From the NCBI GenBank assembly GCA_964633905.1, contig CAZWIT010000001.1, positions 65,535 through 129,534 of the forward strand: a stretch of 64,000 nucleotides of DNA, in the 5' to 3' direction. Source of the DNA: an uncultured Gammaproteobacteria bacterium (GTDB taxonomy: Bacteria > Patescibacteriota > Patescibacteriia > UBA1558 > GWA2-36-10). A program made the translations under genes and the position numbers. The notes below the pieces were generated by a model. The model ran no database searches, was not told the DNA's origin, and saw only the letters and a list, made by a program, of their open reading frames with translations. This document shows, one piece after another, positions 56,063 through 63,253 of the stretch (position 1 is its first letter; every line of letters starts with the position of its first letter).

Positions 56063-57340
56063 ATGAGTAAAATTTTGAGAAAACCATTGTTTTGGCTATT
56101 AAAGTTACTGGCTAAGGCAACTATCAAAAAATACCAACCAAAAGTGATTGGCATTACTGGTTCAGTTGGTAAAACATCGGCAAAATTTGCAACTGCTGTT
56201 GTTTTGGCATCAAAATTTTCTATTCGTTATGGTAAAAAGAATTATAATAACGAAATTGGTTTACCGCTCACTATTTTAGGAGATGATCTTACTGCTGGAA
56301 AAAATATTTTTGTTTGGTTTAGGATTTTTTTAAGGGCTTTAAAAAATTTATTATTTACAGATAAAAAATATCCTCAAGTTTTAATTTTAGAAATGGGTGC
56401 AGATCGTCCAGGTAATATTGATTATTTGGTTGATATTGCGTCACCACATATAGCAGTAATTACAGCAATTGGTGCTAGTCATTTAGAGTTTTTTGGCAGC
56501 ATTGATAAAGTATTAATTGAAAAATCTAAGATTTTTAAAAAATTAAAATCAGGCGATTGGGCCGTTTTAAATAGTGATGATGTTTATTTACAAAAAATTA
56601 TTCCTCAGATTAAAAATAATATTCACACCTTTGGCACTAGTGCGGATAGTAGTTTGCAGATTGAACAAGTGCATTTAAGTAAAAAGAATGACAGTTATGG
56701 TACTAGTTTTAAATTAAAGTTTAAAGGTGCTGAAGCGCCAGTATTTTTGCCTAATGTCTTGGGTAAACAGCAGGCCGCAGCTAGCGCTGCCGCTGCCTCT
56801 GTTGGTTTGCTTATGGGTTTAAATTTAGTAGAGATTAGTCAATCTTTGATTAATTATAAATCAGCTTTAGGCCGCACTAATTTAATTAAAGGCATAAAAA
56901 ATACTTGGATTATTGATGATACTTATAATGCTTCACCGCAATCTTGTTTGGCAGCTTTAGAAATTTTAACAAATTTTCCGCTAGCTGGTAGAAAAATAGC
57001 AGTTTTTGGTGACATGAGAGAATTGGGTAATTTTAGCGAAGAAGGGCATAGGCAAGTAGGTGAGGCAGTAGTTAAATTTAAAATAGATTATTTATTTGTT
57101 ATTGGTGAAAAATCACGCGATATTGCTCGTAGTGCGCAAGACCAGGGCATGCCCGAAGATCATATTTATCATTTTCCGCAGACAATAGAAGCAGGTATTT
57201 TTTTACAAGAGAGGTTAAAAGACAATGATATAATTTTGGTTAAGGGTTCTAGGGGTAGTAAGATGGAGCAGGTGGTGTATGAGATTATGGCTAGACCATG
57301 GGATGCGGATGAATTATTAGTTGCTAAAGTTAGTCGTTAG
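56063..57340 (+). CDS. murF: Mur ligase (UDP-MurNAc-pentapeptide synthetase MurF-like)
   Basis: GITGSVGKTS P-loop, Mur ligase middle/C domains, position after ftsI. Could alternatively be MurE. Confidence 0.7.
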   Translation: MSKILRKPLFWLLKLLAKATIKKYQPKVIGITGSVGKTSAKFATAVVLASKFSIRYGKKNYNNEIGLPLTILGDDLTAGKNIFVWFRIFLRALKNLLFTDKKYPQVLILEMGADRPGNIDYLVDIASPHIAVITAIGASHLEFFGSIDKVLIEKSKIFKKLKSGDWAVLNSDDVYLQKIIPQIKNNIHTFGTSADSSLQIEQVHLSKKNDSYGTSFKLKFKGAEAPVFLPNVLGKQQAAASAAAASVGLLMGLNLVEISQSLINYKSALGRTNLIKGIKNTWIIDDTYNASPQSCLAALEILTNFPLAGRKIAVFGDMRELGNFSEEGHRQVGEAVVKFKIDYLFVIGEKSRDIARSAQDQGMPEDHIYHFPQTIEAGIFLQERLKDNDIILVKGSRGSKMEQVVYEIMARPWDADELLVAKVSR

Positions 57341-57397
57341 TAAGTTAGTTTTGATTGACAAAGATTTATTTTTTTGTTAGAAATATTAAAGTTTTTT

Positions 57398-57472
57398 GGC
57401 CCTATCGTCTAACGGTTAGGACGCGTGGTTCTCAACCATGCAATCAGGGTTCGATTCCCTGTAGGGTCACCA
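57398..57472 (+). tRNA. tRNA-Glu (anticodon CTC), CCA encoded
   Basis: GGCCCTATCGTCTAACGGTTAGGACGCGTGG-TTCTCAA-CCATG…GGTTCGATTCCCTG-TAGGGTC-A-CCA. Similar to E. coli tRNA-Glu. Confidence 0.85.
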
Positions 57473-57473
57473 A

Positions 57474-57550
57474 GGTCGCATGGCTCAGCTGGTTAGAGCG
57501 TCGCATTCACATTGCGAAGGTCCCTGGTTCGAATCCAGGTGCGACCACCA
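57474..57550 (+). tRNA. tRNA-Val (anticodon CAC), CCA encoded
   Basis: Acceptor GGTCGCA/TGCGACC, D-arm GCTCAGCTGGTTAGAGC, anticodon stem-loop TCGCA-TTCACAT-TGCGA, T-loop TTCGAAT. 1-nt spacer from tRNA-Glu. Confidence 0.85.
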
Positions 57551-57565
57551 TTATTGAGTAATTAA

Positions 57566-57592
57566 AAAAATCAACCGATCTGGTTGTTTTTT
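57566..57592. terminator. Bidirectional terminator between the tRNAs and the GC-rich cassette
   Basis: Palindromic CAACCGATCTGGTTG flanked by A-run and T-run. A further hairpin AAGACCC…GGGTCTT (57606-57634) and GC-rich hairpin (57652-57685) serve the minus strand. Confidence 0.6.
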
Positions 57593-57700
57593 GGTATAAA
57601 AAACAAGACCCTTATTTATACTCCTTGGGTCTTAGGTAGGAGTTGGTGGTAGGCGGGCCCGAAGCTTGCAGCTTCGAACCCGCCGTACCGGTCGGAGGTG

Positions 57701-58525
57701 CTAGCCGCGCCGCGCCTTGGCAGCCGCGAGCAGCTGGTTGGCGATGACACGGGCCTCGCCGTTCACGGGCTTCAGCGGCTCGTGATCCAGCTTGGCAATG
57801 GCTTCATCCTGCACCGTGAGGTCACGGATGACCTCGTCGATGCTCTCGACGTCCGGGATCGCGATCGCGATCCCCATGCCGCCGTGGTCTCTCATGCAGA
57901 CCAGGCAGAGCCTCCAGACCTTGTCGCCGAGCGGAACCTGGGGCACGCCGTTCTTCCCGAACACGGGAATCCCGGCCTTGCCATCGATGCCGGTGCCCAG
58001 CTTGGTGACCATCTGCAGGGTGTCGGCCTCGTCTTCGCTGCGCTTCGTCTTCATCTGTGAGACGAACTCGCAGACACGGATGAAGACGCGGTCGGACGGG
58101 TAGTCCGGGTTGGTGGCGTAGAAGGCCAGCGCCGCGTTGATGTCCTTGGCGTACTGGTCGTTCTCCATCGCCATCGCCGACTTCTGCTGCTGCAGAGCCT
58201 CGATGCAATCGCGGACCCGGTCGTGGTCATGGTTCATCATGCCCACGGCCTCGTCCTGGTCGGGCCAGATCCGCATGACGAGCATGCGGTAGCCGTCGCC
58301 CGGAACCTGCAGGCCGCGCCGACGGTCGTCGATGACGACCGACAGGGGCTTGGCGGTGCCGATGCCGTGTTCGGCCGCGCCGTCTTGGACGTACACGACG
58401 CCGTAGGCGTTGCGGTACTCGCTGCGGGTGTTGCCGGTGGCGGTGGTCGGAGCGGTGGCGGTGGTCGGAGCGGTGGCGGCGGGAGCAGCGGCCTTGGGGG
58501 CCTTGGTGTTGGTCTTACGAGCCAT
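57701..58525 (-). CDS. Hypothetical 274-aa protein, ~65% GC foreign cassette gene 'B' (Ala/Pro/Thr-rich N-terminal tail)
   Basis: Coherent high-GC3 codon usage on the minus strand. SD AGGAGG 8 nt before ATG. Own consensus promoter P2 and downstream hairpins. The N-terminus MARKTNTKAPKAAAPAATAPTTATAPTTATG… is low-complexity. No motif recognised. Confidence 0.6.
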   Translation of the reverse strand: MARKTNTKAPKAAAPAATAPTTATAPTTATGNTRSEYRNAYGVVYVQDGAAEHGIGTAKPLSVVIDDRRRGLQVPGDGYRMLVMRIWPDQDEAVGMMNHDHDRVRDCIEALQQQKSAMAMENDQYAKDINAALAFYATNPDYPSDRVFIRVCEFVSQMKTKRSEDEADTLQMVTKLGTGIDGKAGIPVFGKNGVPQVPLGDKVWRLCLVCMRDHGGMGIAIAIPDVESIDEVIRDLTVQDEAIAKLDHEPLKPVNGEARVIANQLLAAAKARRG

Positions 58526-58623
58526 CTTGCTTACCTCCTGAAAATTAGAATGTGCACATCCCCTAAAGTGACAACAGTACCAACAGTCAGTACGTTTATT
58601 AGGGGATTTTTCATTATATCATA

Positions 58624-58652
58624 TATACAAATATTTGTCAAGGGTATTGAAA
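58624..58652 (-). promoter_or_regulatory. Promoter P2 (minus): TTGACA-17-TG-n-TATAAT
   Basis: Minus strand TTGACAaatatttgtatatatgaTATAAT. Confidence 0.65.
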
Positions 58653-58713
58653 AGCCCCGGCACTAGGTGCGTCGGGGCTTGGGGCGAAGTGGTACAACAC
58701 AGTCGGCTTGCTA

Positions 58714-59091
58714 CTAGATGTAGCAATTGATCTTGACCCTGGAAATGACTTCTCCAGAGACGCGATCACGAAGTAGTACTTCGTAATTGCCCACCACCAA
58801 GGTGGCTTTGGGATCGTTCATGACTTTAGCCAACAAGCGGCCATTCTTATAGATTTCCATGTAGGCCAGCTTCCTGGCCTGGTTGGATACCATGCAGATG
58901 GGCTTTTCATCAGCCAAGCGGAGGCGGATCGAATCGCCATCGACACAGACGTAGCTAGTATCGATATAGCGCGGGTTGGGCCGAACCAGGATGGTCGCTT
59001 CCCCAGGCTTGGTGATCGGCTGCGAATTGCAGGCGGCAAGCAGAGTCAGCGAAAGAAACAGCAGGCTGGCGATCAGGAAGAACTTACGCAT
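58714..59091 (-). CDS. Putative lipoprotein, GC ~55%, foreign cassette gene 'C'
   Basis: Signal peptide plus lipobox LLAAC. SD AAGGAGG 6 nt before ATG. Own promoter P3. Confidence 0.55.
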   Translation of the reverse strand: MRKFFLIASLLFLSLTLLAACNSQPITKPGEATILVRPNPRYIDTSYVCVDGDSIRLRLADEKPICMVSNQARKLAYMEIYKNGRLLAKVMNDPKATLVVGNYEVLLRDRVSGEVISRVKINCYI

Positions 59092-59143
59092 CTTAACCCT
59101 CCTTGGTTTTTTGCCACTTCAATTGTCCTTAAAGAGCTTATAT

Positions 59144-59172
59144 ATTATATCATATATATTGATTATTGTCAA
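59144..59172 (-). promoter_or_regulatory. Promoter P3 (minus): TTGACA-17-TG-n-TATAAT
   Basis: Minus strand TTGACAataatcaatatatatgaTATAAT. Shares the 14-mer ATATATGATATAAT with P2. Confidence 0.65.
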
Positions 59173-59303
59173 ATATAATATATTAATCTTTTATAGCATT
59201 GACCCGCCTATGCTAAAGCTTCGGCGGGCGAGATGTGGTTTTTAAGAATAAATAGAAGTAGAGATGAGGTGTATTTTCTTATTAATGATTAGTTCTATTA
59301 ACC

Positions 59304-59397
59304 TTGACAATTAGCTTATTTTTTGTTAACATTTACCCCGTTAAATGCCGCGTGCGGCAATCGCGTTAAACGCGATTATTTAACGGGGTGAACCCCG
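59304..59397 (+). promoter_or_regulatory. rplU promoter + L21-leader-like structured 5' UTR
   Basis: TTGACA(59304)-17-TAACAT. Then CCCCGTTAAAT[GCCGCGTGCGGC][AATCGCGTTAAACGCGATT]ATTTAACGGGG. The GGGG can alternatively pair with the downstream CCCC (GGGG-TGAA-CCCC), giving mutually exclusive structures. Confidence 0.5.
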
Positions 59398-59420
59398 TAT
59401 TTATAAATTATTATATTATT

Positions 59421-59738
59421 ATGTTAGCAGTAATAAAAACTGGTGGTAAACAATACCCAGTCAAAGTTGGCGACAAATTATCAGTCGAAAAATTAGCAGT
59501 TACTGAAAATGGTGCTAAAGTTATTTTTGATGAAGTTTTACTTGTGATTGATGATAAAGATCAGGTAACTGTTGGTAAACCATTACTTGATAAAGTTAAA
59601 GTAGAAGCTAGTTTAGTTAAAAACTATAAAACTAAAAAAGTGGATGTCTTAAAATATAAAAATAAGACTCGTTATCGTAAACGTTTTGGACATCGTCAGC
59701 AACAAGCTGAAGTCAAAATTGAAAAAATTATCTTATAA
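59421..59738 (+). CDS. rplU: 50S ribosomal protein L21
   Basis: MLAVIKTGGKQYPVKVGDKL… The true start is 59421; the track ORF 59388 is an extension. Confidence 0.9.
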   Translation: MLAVIKTGGKQYPVKVGDKLSVEKLAVTENGAKVIFDEVLLVIDDKDQVTVGKPLLDKVKVEASLVKNYKTKKVDVLKYKNKTRYRKRFGHRQQQAEVKIEKIIL

Positions 59739-59741
59739 TAA

Positions 59742-59782
59742 AAAAGCCGTCCATTCGACTATGCTCAGGACGGTTTTTTTAT
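59742..59782. terminator. Bidirectional terminator between rplU (+) and recR (-)
   Basis: AAAAAAGCCGTCC-…-GGACGGTTTTTTT. Confidence 0.65.
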
Positions 59783-59786
59783 TTGT

Positions 59787-60383
59787 TTATAATTCTTTTC
59801 TATTCTGTAGAGCGGAACTTAAGGTAGCCTCATCGGTGTATTCAATATTTGCCCCCATAGGTATACCACGGGCTAGTTGGCTAATTTTGATGGGATATTT
59901 TTTAAGGAGCTTGCTCAAGTATAAAGTAGTAGCTTCTCCTTCTAGGCTTTGATCTAAAGCTAAAATTATTTCTTGGATATTATTTTTACTTAAACGAATT
60001 TCTAATTCTTTGATTTTGAGTTTATCAGGGGTTACTCCTTCTAAAGGGCTTAAGTAGCCGCTAAGTAAGTGGTAGGTGCCATTAAATTCTCCAGTTTTTT
60101 CAATAGCTTCTACATCCTGATTATGAGCTACAATACAAATTAGATTTTGATTCCTTTTAGGATCAGCGCAGATATTGCACAAACCTTGATCGCTTAGATT
60201 AAAGCATTGAGGGCAAAAACTGACTTGTGAATAGGCATCATCTAGAGCTCGAGCTAATTCTTTCATATCGGCTTTGCGGTGCAATAAATCAAAAGCTAGC
60301 CGGGTGGAAGTTTTAGGTCCAATACCCGGCAGTTTATCAAATTCGTTTATTATTTTTTGGATAAAGTCTGGTAAGTAAGCCAC
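59787..60383 (-). CDS. recR: Recombination protein RecR
   Basis: HhH N-terminus (LPGIGPKTSTRLAF), C4 zinc finger (CPQC…CNIC), Toprim. Confidence 0.9.
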   Translation of the reverse strand: MAYLPDFIQKIINEFDKLPGIGPKTSTRLAFDLLHRKADMKELARALDDAYSQVSFCPQCFNLSDQGLCNICADPKRNQNLICIVAHNQDVEAIEKTGEFNGTYHLLSGYLSPLEGVTPDKLKIKELEIRLSKNNIQEIILALDQSLEGEATTLYLSKLLKKYPIKISQLARGIPMGANIEYTDEATLSSALQNRKEL

Positions 60384-60394
60384 TTGCTTATAGA

Positions 60395-60688
60395 TTATTT
60401 TAAGCCAGACAAATCAAAGCCACCGTTTTGTTGCATAACAGTAGCCATTTTTCTCTGGATTTTTTTAATGCATTCAGCCAAGCCATCTTTGATAGCTTTT
60501 TCTAATTCAGCTTTTTTGTCAGGTGATAAAAATTCTTTTTTAATATCAATAGATTTTAATTCTTGATTGCCATCCATGACAATTTTGACAGCACTATTTT
60601 CGACTTCGACTATTTCTTTAGCTAAAATTGATTTTAAATCATTTGCTTGTTTGCGTAAGTCGTTAAATTGTTTTAATTTGTTGAACAT
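60395..60688 (-). CDS. ybaB: Nucleoid-associated protein YbaB/EbfC
   Basis: 97 aa, characteristic MQQNGGFDLSGL C-terminus. Lies upstream of recR. Confidence 0.85.
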   Translation of the reverse strand: MFNKLKQFNDLRKQANDLKSILAKEIVEVENSAVKIVMDGNQELKSIDIKKEFLSPDKKAELEKAIKDGLAECIKKIQRKMATVMQQNGGFDLSGLK

Positions 60689-60711
60689 ATTTTTATTAAT
60701 TATCCTTTCTT

Positions 60712-60815
60712 GTCATTCCCGTTCCGTATCAAGTACGGGATAAACTCCAGCGGGAATCTAAATTTTTATTTTTTAATTATTTTTTTGGGATCCAGCATCA
60801 AGTGCGGGATGACAG
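60712..60815. repeat. Structured hairpin repeat element, copy 2
   Basis: GTCATTCCCG…CGGGAATC and ATCCAGCATCAAGTGCGGGATGAC (60790-60813). Same two-module order as copy 1. Lies between dnaB and ybaB. Confidence 0.65.
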
Positions 60816-60820
60816 CGGGA

Positions 60821-62275
60821 CTAAGGGATATTTTGCCAGCCTAAGGTGGTTGGTAATTCTTCGCTACTTAAAGTTAAATCTATTTCACCGTGATTGGCTG
60901 GAGGCGGAGGAGTGTTTTGATTTTGTCCTTCACGCTCAGTATCTAAATTTTTGAAGCTGACTTTGTTTTCATCAAAGAATAAACGGACAACGCCAGTAGG
61001 GCCATTACGGTGTTTATCAACATGAATTTCGGCTAAATGTTTTTCTTCTTCTGGGCAGTCACCTCTAGTTTTATCTTTGGCGCGTCTATAAATAAACATT
61101 ACCACATCGGCATCTTGCTCAATTGATCCAGATTCACGTAAATCAGCCAGTTTTGGTATAGCCGGGGATCTATTCTCAACAGCACGGGATAGCTGAGAAA
61201 GCGCAAGTACAGGAATATCAAGTTCTCTAGCAATTTGTTTTAAGGCTCTGGAAATTTCTGATATTTCTTGCACTCTATTTTCTTGACGACCACCGCCATC
61301 CATTAATTGTAAATAGTCAACCACTAAAAAGCCAAGATTGTGTTCCATTTTTAAGCGTCTAGCTTTAGTGCGGATTTCCATGATATTAGCATTAGCAGAA
61401 TCATCTATAAAAATTGGTGCTTCTGAAAGTACCCCCATAGCCCTACCAATGCGAGGGAAGTCGTCGTCATCTTCTTTATCAGATAGTCTGCCGGTGCGCA
61501 TTTTCCATAAATCAACTTGAGCTTCTGAAGCAAGCAAACGATCGACTAGCTGTTCTTTTGACATTTCTAAAGAAAAGATGCCGACCGCTACTTTGGAATT
61601 TACGGCAATATGTCTTACCATATCTAGGGCAAAGGTGGTTTTACCCAAAGAAGGTCGAGCAGCTAAAATTACTAGATCGGAATTTTGTAAACCAGATAAA
61701 AGTTTGTCTAAAGCTGTGTAACCAGTGGGAATACCACGGGTACCTAAGCCACCCATTTTGTGTAGTTCGTCAATACGAGTAAAGGCTTCGCCCAAGACGG
61801 TTTTAATAGGTATAAAATTCTTTTTCAAAGATTCTTGAGAAATGGAAAATAGCTTTTGTTCGGCTCTATCTAATAGTTTTTCTACATCTTCAGATTCACT
61901 AAAGCTAAATTCGCTAATTTCTGAAGCAGCTTGTTCTAATTTTCTTAAAGTAGATTTTTTGCGAATAATATTAGCATAGGTCAAGACATGAGAAGCATTG
62001 GGCACAGCTGCAGTTAGATCAGCTAAGTAGGCTTTGCCACCAACCATTTCTAATTGTTTTTTTTCATTTAAGCGATTAGCTAGAGATAAAATATCAATTG
62101 GCTCGTGTTTTTCAAACAAATCTAAGATAGTTTGGTAAATAATACCATTAATATCTTTGTAGAAATCGCTAGGTTTTAAAGTATCACCAATTTTAATAAC
62201 AGCATCTTTATCGATGAGTAGAGCGCCTAAGATACTAGCCTCGGCTTCTAAATTTTGGGGAGGAATTTTTGGCAT
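60821..62275 (-). CDS. dnaB: Replicative DNA helicase DnaB
   Basis: N-terminal DnaB domain, Walker A ARPSLGKT, 484 aa. Confidence 0.9.
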   Translation of the reverse strand: MPKIPPQNLEAEASILGALLIDKDAVIKIGDTLKPSDFYKDINGIIYQTILDLFEKHEPIDILSLANRLNEKKQLEMVGGKAYLADLTAAVPNASHVLTYANIIRKKSTLRKLEQAASEISEFSFSESEDVEKLLDRAEQKLFSISQESLKKNFIPIKTVLGEAFTRIDELHKMGGLGTRGIPTGYTALDKLLSGLQNSDLVILAARPSLGKTTFALDMVRHIAVNSKVAVGIFSLEMSKEQLVDRLLASEAQVDLWKMRTGRLSDKEDDDDFPRIGRAMGVLSEAPIFIDDSANANIMEIRTKARRLKMEHNLGFLVVDYLQLMDGGGRQENRVQEISEISRALKQIARELDIPVLALSQLSRAVENRSPAIPKLADLRESGSIEQDADVVMFIYRRAKDKTRGDCPEEEKHLAEIHVDKHRNGPTGVVRLFFDENKVSFKNLDTEREGQNQNTPPPPANHGEIDLTLSSEELPTTLGWQNIP

Positions 62276-62377
62276 GGGAAATATTGTAGTCTTAGCTTAA
62301 CCTATTTTGTTTATTTTTTCAAGCTAAAATATAGACAGTTTATACTCATTTTAAATACAGCTTAAATAAATTTACCT

Positions 62378-62406
62378 TGACAATTGTCAAAAAATAATTT
62401 ATAATA
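62378..62406 (+). promoter_or_regulatory. Consensus promoter TTGACA-17-TATAAT upstream of the tRNA-Lys region (overlapping palindromic TTGACAATTGTCAA)
   Basis: TTGACAattgtcaaaaaataattTATAAT. The palindrome also gives a minus-strand TTGACA for divergent dnaB. Confidence 0.6.
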
Positions 62407-62429
62407 TTTCCGTATTTTTTAATTTTTTT

Positions 62430-62490
62430 GCGCCTAAGCTTAAGTCGGTAGATCCGCCAGCTGGCGGACTATTAAGCAAACGGTCGTAGG
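62430..62490 (+). pseudogene. tRNA-Lys 5' fragment / degenerate duplicate with a palindromic insertion
   Basis: GCGCCTAAGCTTAAGTCGGTAGATCCGCCAGCTGGCGGACTATTAAGCAAACGGTCGTAGG aligns to the first two-thirds of the intact tRNA-Lys 98 nt downstream. The D-stem is disrupted, and the palindrome CCGCCAGCTGGCGG replaces the anticodon-stem 5' side. No T-arm or acceptor 3' strand. Confidence 0.6.
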
Positions 62491-62527
62491 CGTGCATTGA
62501 ACATCAAAATTTATACTTTATTTATAT

Positions 62528-62603
62528 GCGCCTATAGCTCAGTCGGTAGAGCAGTTGCCTTTTAAGCAAACGGTCGTAGGTTCGATTCCTACTGGGCGCA
62601 CCA
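62528..62603 (+). tRNA. tRNA-Lys (anticodon TTT), CCA encoded
   Basis: GCGCCTA-TA-GCTCAGTCGGTAGAGC-A-GTTGC-CTTTTAA-GCAAA-CGGTC-GTAGG-TTCGATT-CCTAC-TGGGCGC-A-CCA. Confidence 0.85.
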
Positions 62604-62731
62604 TTCTTACAGCTTCATGGCTGTTTTTTTATTTATTAAAAATCCTTGACTAAGTATCTTTTTTATTTTATAGTATTTACCTATTTTGTTCCCCCCAGAA
62701 AGTAAAACCCAAAACGAAGGAGCGGATTGCT

Positions 62732-63118
62732 ATGCCAACTGACCTGCTGGATATTTTTCATATTATTAGTAACGGTTGTAAAGTAAAAGTTACTGAAGAA
62801 AAGACTAAAGAGATTAGGAAAAAAATTCGCACACTGGATGATCCAGAACAAATCAGGTCTTGCCTGCGTATTCTCTTGAGCTATTATCCAGAAGAAAGTT
62901 TGATCGAATTTTGTTTGGATAGCTTGTTTATGAATGCTCGTCCTAATTACTTGAGTGGTCCTAAGCATGATATTTGGATCAGAGAAGTGTGTAAATTAGC
63001 TGAAGCCATCAAAGATCTTCGTGTCCCATATTGGGAATTTGTTATGTATAGAAAGGTTAATTTCTATTGTCCGCAATTGGTAGATAAAATCTGGAAAGAT
63101 GGGGTGCCTGCTGGTTAG
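62732..63118 (+). CDS. Hypothetical 128-aa protein (SD-bearing, ~43% GC)
   Basis: Promoter TTGACT-17-TATAGT at ~62647-62675. SD GAAGGAG 9 nt before ATG. No motif recognised. Confidence 0.5.
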   Translation: MPTDLLDIFHIISNGCKVKVTEEKTKEIRKKIRTLDDPEQIRSCLRILLSYYPEESLIEFCLDSLFMNARPNYLSGPKHDIWIREVCKLAEAIKDLRVPYWEFVMYRKVNFYCPQLVDKIWKDGVPAG

Positions 63119-63253
63119 TAGCGCCTAAGGATATGACCCTGTTGTGTTTGAAGCGACAGGGTTTTTATTTGCCTAATTTTTTTTTAGCTTTAAAATTATG
63201 GCGAGTCTTTGTTTCTTTGTCAGCACATCTCTAGACAAGCAGGAGGTTGATCA

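Noticed and set aside
57355-57561. 68-aa ORF over the tRNA-Glu/tRNA-Val pair
   Set aside because: It is entirely composed of tRNA sequence and is not coding.
57698-58666. Multiple overlapping ORFs (57698..58060+, 57792..58103+, 57822..58208-, 58223..58666+) in the 65% GC segment
   Set aside because: They are high-GC open-frame artefacts. Only the 274-aa minus frame 57701..58525 shows coherent GC3-rich codon usage plus SD and promoter.
62430-62490. HindIII (AAGCTT) and PvuII (CAGCTG) sites inside the tRNA-Lys fragment as a sign of an engineered construct
   Set aside because: Six-base palindromes are expected by chance in a hairpin-forming segment, and there is no other vector-like sequence.
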